From positions 16,334 through 80,333 of the forward strand of contig PXRE01000009.1 in NCBI GenBank assembly GCA_003021085.1: DNA of 64,000 nucleotides, read 5' to 3'. This document shows, one piece after another, positions 1 to 9,627 of this stretch. The notes under the pieces are model-generated. The model was not told the origin of the DNA. It did no database searches and saw only the letters and a program-made list of their open reading frames with translations. Both the position numbers and the translations under genes were made by a program. Source of the stretch: Halobacteriales archaeon QS_1_68_20 (GTDB taxonomy: Archaea; Halobacteriota; Halobacteria; Halobacteriales; PXRE01). Every line of letters starts with the position of its first letter. Position 1 is the stretch's first letter.

Positions 1-711
1 TCGGACCTGGGACGGGTCGTCGGGGTCGCGCCGTCGAACGACCAGAGCGCGGTCGGCCGGTCGCTGTCGAACGAGGTGACCGTCGCCGACCACGAACTCG
101 GATACGCGGTCGACGGGACGCCCGCCGACTGCGTCATCGCCGCCCTGGAGTCGCTGGTGCCCGAGACGGACCTGGTCGTCTCCGGGTGCAACAAGGGCGC
201 GAACCTCGGGAGCTACGTCCTCGGGCGGTCGGGGACCGTCAGCGCGGCCGTCGAGGCGGCCTTCTTCGGCGTCCCGGCCATCGCCGTCTCCCAGTACATT
301 CCCGTCGCCAAGGACGTCTCCTTCCACCAGTACGAGACCACCCTCGAGGACTACGTGGAGGCGGCCCGCGCGACCGCCTACCTCGCCGAGCACGCGCCGG
401 CGGCAGGCGTCTTCGAGGAGTGCGACTTCCTGAACGTCAACGTCCCCGCGCCGGAGGGCGAGGTGGGCGGGATGGAGATCACCCGGCCCTCGCACGTCTA
501 CGACATGGGCGCGCGCCACGAGGCGGGGACGGTCAAACTGGTCGACAACGTCTGGGAGCGGATGGCCAGCGGCGACGTCCCCGACCCGGAGGGGACCGAC
601 CGCCGGGCCGTCGTCGAGGGTCGGATCAGCGTCTCGCCGCTGACCGCCCCGCACGCGACCGAGCGACACGACGCGCTGGACGCGCTCGCGGAGACCTACC
701 CGGAGCCCTGA
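1..711 (+). CDS. surE: 5'/3'-nucleotidase SurE (5'-truncated by window edge)
   Basis: Frame open from base 1 (VAPSNDQSAVG); motifs GTPADC, SGCNKGANLG, SGTVSAA. Confidence 0.93.
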   Translation, partial: SDLGRVVGVAPSNDQSAVGRSLSNEVTVADHELGYAVDGTPADCVIAALESLVPETDLVVSGCNKGANLGSYVLGRSGTVSAAVEAAFFGVPAIAVSQYIPVAKDVSFHQYETTLEDYVEAARATAYLAEHAPAAGVFEECDFLNVNVPAPEGEVGGMEITRPSHVYDMGARHEAGTVKLVDNVWERMASGDVPDPEGTDRRAVVEGRISVSPLTAPHATERHDALDALAETYPEP

Positions 712-732
712 ACCGATCCGCCGTCGCCGTGC

Positions 733-954
733 TCACTCTAGCACGATCAGGAGGCGCCCCGATTCGAGCATGCGGTCGATCTGGTCGTAGGTGAACTTCC
801 CGTTGCAGTCGTCGCCGACGAACGTGACGTGGCCGTCGGCCTTCTCGGTGACGACGGCGAGAGAGTCGCCGCCGCGGTAGTGGTAACGCACGGTCGTCCC
901 GGGGTGGATCGCGTCGACGGTGACGCCGAACGATTCCCCGCTTTCGGCTGGCAT
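733..954 (-). CDS. Small hypothetical protein (73 aa)
   Basis: ATG at 954, MPAESGESFG...LLIVLE; acidic, host-like codons; the upstream part of the long track ORF is antisense to another gene. Confidence 0.6.
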   Translation of the reverse strand: MPAESGESFGVTVDAIHPGTTVRYHYRGGDSLAVVTEKADGHVTFVGDDCNGKFTYDQIDRMLESGRLLIVLE

Positions 955-1092
955 ACCACCGACCCGGCCGTCACCCCGCATATCCTTTGTGGCGGCTTTG
1001 CTTGGCAGTTTACAGATACGCCGGTACCTCTGGATGGAACACCCACAAAGCCCCGCGCTTTCAGTCCGTTGTCTCTTGATCAACAACGACCA

Positions 1093-1250
1093 GAAAGCCC
1101 CCACGCGCTCGACTCGCGCGCCTCGCTGCGCTCCTCGGCCGCCGTCGGAGCAAGCTCCGACGAGCCCTCGTTCGCGTCGCTCACGAGGACTCCGGCCTGC
1201 GGTGCTTGCGTCGTCGGGTTCGTGCCGGCCACCGTCGCTCGCGGGTCCCG
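1093..1250. repeat. Palindromic intergenic repeat (haloarchaeal REP/MITE-like)
   Basis: GAAAGCCCC...CTCGCTGCGCTCCTCGG...CCTGCGGTGCTTGCGTCG with hairpin GTCGGAGC-AA-GCTCCGAC (1144-1161); related sequence near 56180-56235 on the opposite strand. Confidence 0.6.
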
Positions 1251-1357
1251 GCCATCGCGGACTGTAGATGGTCGCCGCACTGCGCGACTCACGCCGAAGG
1301 ACAGGATCGCTCGTCGCAGGACCGAACACTGATGTACGGCGCCGTGCCAGCGCCCCC

Positions 1358-2182
1358 ATGGGCGAAGCCGACGCCGTCGACCGGGTCGACGAACCGGGTA
1401 CCGTCTCGTCGCTGGCCACGGACCTCCGCGCGCTCGGCGTCGAGGCCGGCGACGTCCTGCTGGTCCACTCGTCGATGAGCGCGCTGGGGTGGGTCGCCGG
1501 CGGGCCGCCGGCGGTCGTCGATGCCTTGCAGGAGGTCGTCACCGCTGACGGCACGCTCGTGATGCCGACGCACACGCCGCAGTACACCGACCCCGCGAAC
1601 TGGTCGAACCCGCCCGTCCCCGACGACTGGGAGGACACCATCCGCGAGGCCCGGCCGCCGTTCCGCCCGGCGGTCACGCCGACTCGCGGCATGGGGGCGA
1701 TCCCGGAGTGCTTCCGCGACTACCCCGACGTGGTCCGGGGCGAACACCCCTTCTACTCCTTCGCGGCCTGGGGGGCCGACGCCGCGGACGTGGTGACCGA
1801 CCACGAGTTCGACGACAGTCTGGGCGAAGGGTCGCCGCTGGCCCGACTGTACGACCGTGACGCCGACGTCCTCCTGCTGGGCGTCGGCCACGAGGTGTAC
1901 ACCTCGCTCCACCTCGCGGAGTACCGCGCGGACTTCCCGAGAGAGCGGGTCGAGTGCGAGGCCCCGGTCGTCCGGGACGGCCGGCGGGTCAGCGTCGAGT
2001 TCGAGGACATCGACATCGATTCGGCGGACTTCCCCGATGTCGGGGCCGCTTTCGAGCACGAGGTCGGCGCTACGTCGGGGTCGGTCGGTGCCGCCGCAAC
2101 GAAACTGCTGGACCAGCAGGCGCTCGTCGACTTCGCCGTCGACTGGTTCGGGGAGAACCGGCCTCGGGACGAGGAGCAGTGA
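1358..2182 (+). CDS. AAC(3)/YokD-family N-acetyltransferase
   Basis: LLVHSSMSALGWVAGG, GTLVMPTHT, MGAIPECFR, SLHLAE motifs. Confidence 0.9.
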   Translation: MGEADAVDRVDEPGTVSSLATDLRALGVEAGDVLLVHSSMSALGWVAGGPPAVVDALQEVVTADGTLVMPTHTPQYTDPANWSNPPVPDDWEDTIREARPPFRPAVTPTRGMGAIPECFRDYPDVVRGEHPFYSFAAWGADAADVVTDHEFDDSLGEGSPLARLYDRDADVLLLGVGHEVYTSLHLAEYRADFPRERVECEAPVVRDGRRVSVEFEDIDIDSADFPDVGAAFEHEVGATSGSVGAAATKLLDQQALVDFAVDWFGENRPRDEEQ

Positions 2183-2269
2183 CCGACCCCGCCGACCGAC
2201 GGGAACACCGACGCGGCCGAGACGTCACTCTCTACCGAACGATCGTGGATTATGGATAGGGCGCGGCGG

Positions 2270-3006
2270 TCACCACGGCACCCAGCGCAACGCTCCGTCG
2301 GTATCCGCACCGTCCGAACCGGCCCCATCCTGCGCCGACCCCACCGCGTCCGACGCGGCGTCGACGTCGAGCAACGCCAGCACCTCGTCGCGTTTGGACT
2401 CCAGTTCGGTGAGGTCGTCGTGGAGCGTCCGGAGTCGCCGGTCGAGGTCCGTCCGGCCGCCGTCCTCGGCGGCGTCGACGGCCCGGTGCATCTCGTCGCG
2501 GGCCAGTTCCAGCATCCGGTAGAACTCGATGACCGCCTCCATGGTCTCGGCGTCCAGCAGGCCCAGTCTGTCGGTGTTGGCCCGGTAAATCCGGTCGGTG
2601 AGACACAGTTCAACCTTCTCGAACGCTTCGGGGGCCGCGCCGACGACGACGTCGTCGGCCAGTTCGTCCACGGCCGACTCCACCGCCTCGCTCGCGCCCT
2701 CCGGTGCCTCGCTCGCGCCTTCGGCCGCCTCGCTCGTCCGACTCTCGACCAGTTCCAGCAGTTCATCGGAGACGAACCCGTCGACGAACTCGCCGGCCTG
2801 TAGCGACCGGACGCCCAGTTGCAACTGCTGGACCGCCAGCGACCGGAGTTCGGTCGCCAGCGCGCGGCGGAGTCGACGGCGCTCGATGGCCCGCCGGCGC
2901 ACGTTGAAGTAGTACGTCGAGACGAACGACAGCACCCGCCGGCGACGGCGCCGATCAGTGCGGTGACGGCGGGATCGGTGAACAGCGAGACGTCGTGCTG
3001 GGCCAT
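2270..3006 (-). pseudogene. Membrane-anchored acidic hypothetical protein, frameshifted near 2935
   Basis: MAQHDVSLFTDPAVTALIGAVAG in one frame continues as VLSFVSTYYFNVRRR... in another; one extra G in a GGG run would join them. Confidence 0.6.
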
Positions 3007-3147
3007 GGTGGATACCGGTGCGCTGACTGCGATGGAACGACCACGGCGAAGAAAACGATTTCGCCTCCGCCGAGGTGGAACGATCCCGCCCCCGACTGCT
3101 CGGCGTCGAACGAAGGAATCTCCTTCCCGGGGGTCCTTCACCCGCCC

Positions 3148-3828
3148 ATGAACCGCACGCTCGTCGAGTTGCTACACCGCAACGCCGAGCACGCCAGCGC
3201 CTTCCAGTCACGGTTCGACGACGTACAGGACGGCCAGCGACCGGAGGCCGTGACCGTCTGCTGTTCGGACTCGCGGGTCCTGCAGGACCACATGTGGGGC
3301 AACGACGAACCCGGACACGTCTTCACCTGTAGCAACATCGGCAACCGCGTCGTCCAGCGGACCGAGGCGGGTGAGGCCGTCTCCGGCGACGTTCTCTACC
3401 CGCTGGAACACACCGGGACCGACCTGGCGGTCGTCGTCGGCCACACCGGGTGCGGGGCCGTCACGGCGACCTACGACGCCCTGACCGACGGCCTCGAAGA
3501 ACCCCCGGGCATCGAGCACTGCGTCGGGTTGCTGAAGCCCCACCTCGAAGGTGGCCTCGAACTGCTCCCCGAGGGGTTGTCCCGCGAGGAGGCCGTGAAC
3601 CACCTCGTCGAGTACAACGTCGACCGGCAGGTCGAGTTCCTGCTGGAGAGCGGAGACGTGCCCGACGGCGTCGAGGTCGTCGGGGTCGTCTACGACTTCC
3701 AGGACGTCTACGACGGCAGTCGCGGCGAGGTCCACGTGATCAACGTCGGCGGCGAGCGCGACGTCGAGACGTTGCGGGACGCCCACCCGGCGGTCGAGGA
3801 CCGCATCGACCGGGTCTGGGAGTACTGA
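3148..3828 (+). CDS. Beta-class carbonic anhydrase
   Basis: CCSDSRV and GHTGCGAV zinc-ligand motifs. Confidence 0.92.
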   Translation: MNRTLVELLHRNAEHASAFQSRFDDVQDGQRPEAVTVCCSDSRVLQDHMWGNDEPGHVFTCSNIGNRVVQRTEAGEAVSGDVLYPLEHTGTDLAVVVGHTGCGAVTATYDALTDGLEEPPGIEHCVGLLKPHLEGGLELLPEGLSREEAVNHLVEYNVDRQVEFLLESGDVPDGVEVVGVVYDFQDVYDGSRGEVHVINVGGERDVETLRDAHPAVEDRIDRVWEY

Positions 3829-3958
3829 GACGCGAGCGACTCCGATATCGCCCGTCCGGGTGCGGTGTTGTTCGTTGCGGAGGGGGGTAGGATCGGCAGG
3901 AAGGTTACTGTACCGGGACGGGGGCGCGATTCTGGGGTATCCACCGTGAACGCTTCAG

Positions 3959-4501
3959 TCAGCGGAGCTCGTCCATCTTTCCGGATTCACTCAATTCGAT
4001 GAGGGCGCGGTTGAGGAGTTCACGAAGGACGAACTCCTCGTAGTGCTGGGTCTCGCAGTACACACAGGGTTTCATCTCCTGGGCAACCGACTCGATTTCG
4101 TCACCGTGTTCCAGATACAGTGTCTCGACGAGCCCGGACAGTTCGTCGGTCGCGGTCGCCTGTGCCTCCGTGAGCGTCTCGTCGCTGTCCTCCGGCAGAT
4201 CGTACGAGAACACGCGCGTGTTCGACCGGTAGTATTTCCGCGTGCCGCCACCTGCCTCCTCGAGGCGCGCGATTTCCACCATCCCAGCGTCCCTCAGGAC
4301 GTTCACGTGGTGGCGTACAGTCGTTTCGGCCTTCTCCTCGCCACGCCGATGGAGCTCTTCGTGAATTCCCTCGATCGTCATCTCCTCCTCGGCGAGCATG
4401 TCGAGGACCTTCGCCCGGATGTCGTTCTCGAGGGCCTTCGCCTTTTCAGGGTCGGTCGTGACGACCTCACGGATCGGCACGTCGGATTCGAACAGGGCCA
4501 T
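3959..4501 (-). CDS. ArsR-family winged-helix regulator
   Basis: KALENDIRAKVL...TTVRHHVNVLRDAGMV; C-terminal CxxC; divergent from the metal ATPase. Confidence 0.85.
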   Translation of the reverse strand: MALFESDVPIREVVTTDPEKAKALENDIRAKVLDMLAEEEMTIEGIHEELHRRGEEKAETTVRHHVNVLRDAGMVEIARLEEAGGGTRKYYRSNTRVFSYDLPEDSDETLTEAQATATDELSGLVETLYLEHGDEIESVAQEMKPCVYCETQHYEEFVLRELLNRALIELSESGKMDELR

Positions 4502-4634
4502 CTCTTTGCCCCGGATTAGGAGTACGACGACAGTAAGAGTAACGCCACGCGTCCAACTCCGGTATGGATCTCAGGACACCGCTACAACATCAATCGTAAC
4601 GGCTTTGAGCGTCGCGCGACGAGGATGGCTCGAG

Positions 4635-6905
4635 ATGGGGACGACACAGGAGCAGTTCAACGTCGGCGGAATGTCCTGCTCGTTCTGTGCGGAGAGCATC
4701 GAGAAGGCTTACGAGCGCACCGATGGCGTCGAGGACGTGGACGTCAGTCTCGCGCACGAGGAGGTCCTGGTCAAGTACGACGAGGACCGCATCAGCGAGG
4801 TCGAGGTGAAGGACACGCTCCGTGACCTCGGGTATAGCATCCGTGACCCCGACAAGGAGAAGCGATACGAGCAACAACAGGAAGAACTCGCCGAGGGCAA
4901 GCGCCGTCTCGTCCTCGCGGGGAGCGCTTCCATCGTCGTCGCCGCGCTGATGGGCTGGATGATCGTCGTGACGGGCCGCTTCGAGTCGGAGTCGCTGGCG
5001 ATGGATCTCGTGACGCTGGCGCTGGCGCTGGGGACGATGTTCGGTCCTGGACGGTACATCAAGGAGAAAGCGTACCAGAGCCTCCGTCGCACCATCTTCA
5101 ACCAGCACGTCCTGCTCGAAGCGGGCGCGTTTGCCGGGTTACTGGGCGGGTTGCTTGGACTATTCGTTTTCCCGAGTTTCCCGACTGTCCACTTCTTCGC
5201 CGTCTCCGTGTTCGTTACCACCTACCACATTCTCTCGGAGTACACCAGCCTCATCGTGCGTACACGGGCCTCACAGGCTGTGCAGAACCTGCTCGACCTT
5301 CGACCCGACACCGCACGGCGCGTCACCGACGACGCCGTAGCGGAGGTGCCCGTCGACGACCTCGAAGTCGGCGACCGCGTGCGGGTCAAGCCCGGCGAGA
5401 ACCTCCCGGTCGACGGGAAGGTCGTCGACGGTGGGTCCACAGTCGACGAGTCCGTCGCCACCGGGGAATCCATTCCGGAAGAGAAGACAGTGGGAGACGA
5501 GGTGATCGGCGGTAGCCTCAACGAGACCGGTACGCTCCTCGTCGAGGTGACTGCGACCGGCGACGATGCCTTCCTGAATCAGGTCGCCCGCGAGATCGAG
5601 GAGGCGCGGGCGATGAAGCCCGGCATCGTCCAGCTCGCCGACCGCGTTCTCAAGTACTTCGTTCCCGGCGTCCTGACTATTGCGGCGTTATCGTTCGCGT
5701 TCTGGGTGGTCGCGCCACTCGCGTGGGATGGCAACCCCGACGTCCGGCGTGGTGCGTTCGCAGCGCTGGCCGCCCTCGTCCTGGGCTATCCCTGTGCACT
5801 CGGAATGGCGACGCCACTTGCACTGATTCGGGGTGGTGGGAAGGCCGCCAATCGCGGTATTCTGATGCGTAGCGGTGATGCGTTCCAGATCTTCCCCGAC
5901 GTCGATCACGTCGTTCTCGACAAGACCGGGACGATGACCGTCGGCGAGCCTGCCGTCGACGAGGTAGTCGGACTCGGCCACTCCGAATCTGAAGTGTTGA
6001 AGACGGCGGCGACCGCGGAGGCGTTCAGCGAGCATCCACTCGCCGATGCCATCCTCGAGTACGCCAGGGAACGGGGGGTCGAGTATGCCGACCCGGAATC
6101 GTTCGACTCCGTGACCGGCAAGGGCGTCCACGCTACCGTCGATGGTGACGAGGTACTCGTCGGGAAGCCGGTCTGGCTCGACGAGACAGGTGTCGATATC
6201 GGCGACGTGGTTGAGGAGATTCGACGACTCCAGCAACGTGGACTCACCGTGTCTGGCGTCGTCCGGGATGGCGACCGCCTCGGCCTGATCGGTATCGGCG
6301 ACGAGATCAAGGACGATGCAGCCGCGACGGTCCAGCGGATGAAGGATGCGGGAATCACACCGGCGATGATCACTGGCGACGACGAGCGCACCGCTCACGC
6401 CGTCGCGCAGAGAGTCGGCATCGAGCGTGTGATGGCTGGCGTACTGCCCGACGAGAAGCGCGAGGAGATCGGACAGTTGCAAGACGAGGGCCACCGGGTG
6501 GCGATGGTCGGTGACGGCATCAACGACGCGCCGGCCCTGACGCAGGCGGACATCGGCATCGCGATCGGCGCGGGAACCGACATCGCGATCGAATCCGCCG
6601 ACATCGTGCTAATGGGAGAGCGGCTCGGTGGCGTGATGGATGCCCACGAAATCGGCGAAGAGAGTTTCCGTAAGACCCGCCAGAACCTCGTCACCGCATT
6701 CTCCTTCAACGGCATCGGGGTCGCCGCGGCGACGACCGGTTTCGTCCATCCGATCTGGGCGATGATTGCGATGGTGCTGTCGGTCTCGGCGGTGCTGGCA
6801 AACAGTTTCGCCGGGCAGTTGCTCTCCGGGGAGGGGGTCAACACCGACTTCAGCGTCGGGGAAGCGGGCGGCGACGAAGTCGTCGAAGAGCCGACTGCCG
6901 ACTAG
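4635..6905 (+). CDS. Heavy-metal P1B-type ATPase (CopA-like)
   Basis: HMA GMSCSFC, TGES, YPCALG, DKTGT, SEHPLA, GDGINDAPAL. Confidence 0.95.
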   Translation: MGTTQEQFNVGGMSCSFCAESIEKAYERTDGVEDVDVSLAHEEVLVKYDEDRISEVEVKDTLRDLGYSIRDPDKEKRYEQQQEELAEGKRRLVLAGSASIVVAALMGWMIVVTGRFESESLAMDLVTLALALGTMFGPGRYIKEKAYQSLRRTIFNQHVLLEAGAFAGLLGGLLGLFVFPSFPTVHFFAVSVFVTTYHILSEYTSLIVRTRASQAVQNLLDLRPDTARRVTDDAVAEVPVDDLEVGDRVRVKPGENLPVDGKVVDGGSTVDESVATGESIPEEKTVGDEVIGGSLNETGTLLVEVTATGDDAFLNQVAREIEEARAMKPGIVQLADRVLKYFVPGVLTIAALSFAFWVVAPLAWDGNPDVRRGAFAALAALVLGYPCALGMATPLALIRGGGKAANRGILMRSGDAFQIFPDVDHVVLDKTGTMTVGEPAVDEVVGLGHSESEVLKTAATAEAFSEHPLADAILEYARERGVEYADPESFDSVTGKGVHATVDGDEVLVGKPVWLDETGVDIGDVVEEIRRLQQRGLTVSGVVRDGDRLGLIGIGDEIKDDAAATVQRMKDAGITPAMITGDDERTAHAVAQRVGIERVMAGVLPDEKREEIGQLQDEGHRVAMVGDGINDAPALTQADIGIAIGAGTDIAIESADIVLMGERLGGVMDAHEIGEESFRKTRQNLVTAFSFNGIGVAAATTGFVHPIWAMIAMVLSVSAVLANSFAGQLLSGEGVNTDFSVGEAGGDEVVEEPTAD

Positions 6906-7108
6906 GCCGCCACGTCGTAGCCCGCATTCTCGATGGCTGCCTCGACCTCGTCGTCCGCAACGTCGTCTTCGGCGACGAATTCGACGGTGTCCGTCTCGTG
7001 GTCGGCCTCGATGCGAGAGACGCCCTCGACGTTCTTGAGGGCGTTTTCCACGTTCCGTTCGCAGCCGTCGCACGACAGCCCCGTAACGGAGATCGTTTTA
7101 CGTTCCAC
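6902..7108 (-). CDS. HMA-domain metal chaperone (CopZ-like)
   Basis: GLSCDGC motif in a 68-aa protein. Confidence 0.9.
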   Translation of the reverse strand: MERKTISVTGLSCDGCERNVENALKNVEGVSRIEADHETDTVEFVAEDDVADDEVEAAIENAGYDVAA

Positions 7109-7132
7109 GTGGGCCGGTCGGGACGGCAGACG

Positions 7133-7154
7133 AAAGACTGTTACGACAGTCTTT
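7133..7154. promoter_or_regulatory. Candidate operator palindrome upstream of the metal chaperone
   Basis: AAAGACTGT-TACG-ACAGTCTTT, perfect 9-bp arms 25-46 bp upstream of the start. Confidence 0.55.
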
Positions 7155-7175
7155 GTAATGGTGGGGGAGCAATTG

Positions 7176-8030
7176 TCAGTACGCGGTCAGGGGGACTCTC
7201 CAGACCACGCCGGTCTCACGGTCCCATTCGATCGGGAAGTGGCCGTCCGCGATACGTTTGGGACTGCCCCGTTGCACGCCGAAGTCCACGACGGACATGG
7301 CGTCGTCGGGTCCGAACTTAACGTCGTAGGGCCGCTCGAGACCTTCCCCGGGCCGGCCTTGCTTCGACGCCAGCCCCGGCTTCGCGTTCTGGACGAACGG
7401 GCGCACCCGCTGTGGGCCGTCGGCTTCCGTGTCGATAACGACGACACGGGACCCGGCGGGCTTGTCCCTGAGCGCGTTCGTCACCCACTGGAAACCGCCG
7501 TACTCGGGGACGAACAGCTGGTCGGCGTACTCGCCCCACGACCTGGGTGCCACGTCGGGCTTCGACGGGGACGAGTTCACCTCGTGCAGGCCCGCGACGA
7601 GCGACTCCTCCGGTCGTTGCAACCCGCTCGCCTGGTGGTCGATCAGGAACGAGAGCTCCCTGGGCTGTCGTTCGCTGTCGACGAACTGCGGCGCAATCGT
7701 CGAGGAGGTGGGCCTGTAGTTCGGACTCGTGACGGGGTCCATGTTGGCCGTGACGTCGGGCCAGCCGTACCACGCACCCCCTCGGACCCGGTACGTGGCG
7801 TCGTAGTTGTCGGCGATGGGCCGCCCGGGAGCGTTGTCGTCGCCGTTCTCGGCGACGAACATCTCGCCTCGCCCGTTCCACGCGACGCCGATCTCGTTCC
7901 GGAGCCCCCACACGAGGGGTTCGACGGTGGCTTCCGCGTTCCCACGCCCGGGCAACCCGGACCCGGTCGAGCACCCGCCCACACGAGGGGTTCGACGGTG
8001 GCTTCCGCGTTCCCGGGGTCGAAGGTTCGG
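7176..8030 (-). pseudogene. C-terminal fragment of a glucose/sorbosone dehydrogenase-like beta-propeller protein
   Basis: WGLRNEIGVAWN, GAWYGWPD, LERPYDVKFGPDDAM; N-terminus missing; internal 37-bp duplication shifts the frame. Confidence 0.7.
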
Positions 8031-8227
8031 TTCGAGCGTGACGACGCGTTCTCTCGTTTTCGAGTCTGCGACGAGGGCCGAGATAACCACGTTCGCATCG
8101 ACGACCAACGTCATCCGTCACGGTCCGACGTTCTCTCGGCACGTTCTCGTGCGCTCTCGTCGATTTTGGCGGCGAGCTCTGCCACGTCCTGCTCGGTGAG
8201 CTCGCCGTCGGCTGTGAGTTCGTCCAT
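8030..8227 (-). pseudogene. Remnant antitoxin plus N-terminus of a PIN-domain toxin
   Basis: MDELTADGELTEQDVAEL (antitoxin-like) then MTLVVDANVVISAL (PIN start at 8114), truncated after ~29 codons. Confidence 0.6.
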
Positions 8228-8283
8228 CAACCCGTCAGGTATCCTTGTCTCTTCGAAAGTATCCACTCCCCTGGTGGATGCTG

Positions 8284-8601
8284 TTATCTCTTCTCCCGCT
8301 GTTCGACCTTGTTCAGTTCGATCAGCAACCGGAAGATGGCCTTCACGAGGTTGGCGTCGACGTCGAACCGCTCGGCGTTCTCGCCGGCCCGGTCCATCAC
8401 CGCCTGCTCCTGCTGTTCGTCGACCGTGGGCAGGCCCTCCTCCGCTTTGACCGCCGCGATGGTCTCGGCGACGTAGGTCCGCCGTGCGATCAACTCCACG
8501 AGTTCGCGGTCGATGTCCTCGATCTCGGCGCGCAACTCCGAGAGCGTCATCTCCTCGGGCGGTCGGTCGGTCCGGTCGGTGGAACTGGGTTCGTCGGTCA
8601 C
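8284..8601 (-). CDS. Chorismate mutase (AroQ type)
   Basis: LSELRAEIEDIDRELVELIARR; GTG start overlaps the aroK stop. Confidence 0.9.
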   Translation of the reverse strand: MTDEPSSTDRTDRPPEEMTLSELRAEIEDIDRELVELIARRTYVAETIAAVKAEEGLPTVDEQQEQAVMDRAGENAERFDVDANLVKAIFRLLIELNKVEQREKR

Positions 8602-9470
8602 GCTCTTCTCGCTCCCTCGTGGTTCGTCGTGGTCAGCCACACCGCGCCAGCGCGGTCGGCCCACCGGTCGCGGACGGCAGCCAGCGTCCCCTCGTCGCCC
8701 AGGGCCACGTAACTCGGGCCGGTTCCGGACAGCGAGACGCCCGCGACGTCCGGCAACGCTTCCAGCATCGGGCCGGTCGGGAAGTCCAGGGCGGCGCAGA
8801 ACGCGAAGCCGTTGACGGTCATCGCGCGGCCGTACTCGCCGGCAAGCGCGAGGTCCGCGGCCACGTCGGCCACCGGCGCGACCCGCCGGCAGCTGTCGAC
8901 GTCCGTGTCGGCGCTGTAGGCCCGCTCGGGCGGCGTCCAGACGAGCGCCGCCGCGTCCAGGCGTTCGTGGGCGAGCAACTCGTCCTCCCGATTATCCGTG
9001 ACGGTGACTCCTCCGAGCATGCTGGCGCTGGCGTCGTCGAACGCGCCGGTGACCGTGACGCCGACGTCGCGGGCCGCCCGGACGCCGATCCGTGCGGCGT
9101 CGGCGCGGGCGATCGCCGCGTGGCGCTGATCGCTGACCGCCACGTCCAGGGCGTCGAGGGTGGCCAGCACGGCCGCGTTGGCGGCGGCGCTAGAACTCTT
9201 CAGCCCCGAGGCCATCGGCACGTCGCTCTCGGTGCGGACGGTCCCGCCCTGGCCGTCGCCGAACCGGTCGACGACCAGTTCGACGCAGCGCTCGATCAGG
9301 GTCGCGTCCGCGTCGGGGTCGGCCGCGATTTCGCCCTGCACGTCGTCCTCGCGGGCGGAGAGGTCGACCGCCGCCCGGACGTGCTCGTCGATGGCGAACG
9401 CCGACCCGGTGCCGGTCGCCAGGGCGTTCACGACCGTCCCCGCCGCGGGGGCCTCGGCGCGTCCGTTCAC
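8598..9470 (-). CDS. aroK: Archaeal shikimate kinase (GHMP family)
   Basis: NALATGTGSAFAI, PMASGLKSSSAA, TGAFDDASAS, SGTGPS. Confidence 0.93.
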   Translation of the reverse strand: MNGRAEAPAAGTVVNALATGTGSAFAIDEHVRAAVDLSAREDDVQGEIAADPDADATLIERCVELVVDRFGDGQGGTVRTESDVPMASGLKSSSAAANAAVLATLDALDVAVSDQRHAAIARADAARIGVRAARDVGVTVTGAFDDASASMLGGVTVTDNREDELLAHERLDAAALVWTPPERAYSADTDVDSCRRVAPVADVAADLALAGEYGRAMTVNGFAFCAALDFPTGPMLEALPDVAGVSLSGTGPSYVALGDEGTLAAVRDRWADRAGAVWLTTTNHEGARRA

Positions 9471-9627
9471 GCCCCATCGTGGGTCGGGAGTTCCCTTAAC
9501 GTCTGCGTCGGCGGTGAGTTTGGCGAACGTGCCGGCGCGGTCGTCGCGTCGATTCCGCCGGCAACCCGGGCCGCAAGCCCGGGCCGGGAACGCGGCGCTT
9601 TTCCCGGCGTCGGTCTAAGGTCCGGGT

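Noticed and set aside
1358-2182. AAC(3) gene as acquired antibiotic resistance
   Set aside because: Host-like composition, no mobile context; the family is common in haloarchaeal chromosomes.
2685-2735. Short tandem repeat GCCTCGCTCGCGCC
   Set aside because: Encodes a low-complexity EGASEA linker.
7907-8014. CRISPR array call for the repeat-spacer-repeat units here and at 37839-37944
   Set aside because: Only two repeats each, unrelated to one another, no leader or cas genes; this one duplicates coding sequence.
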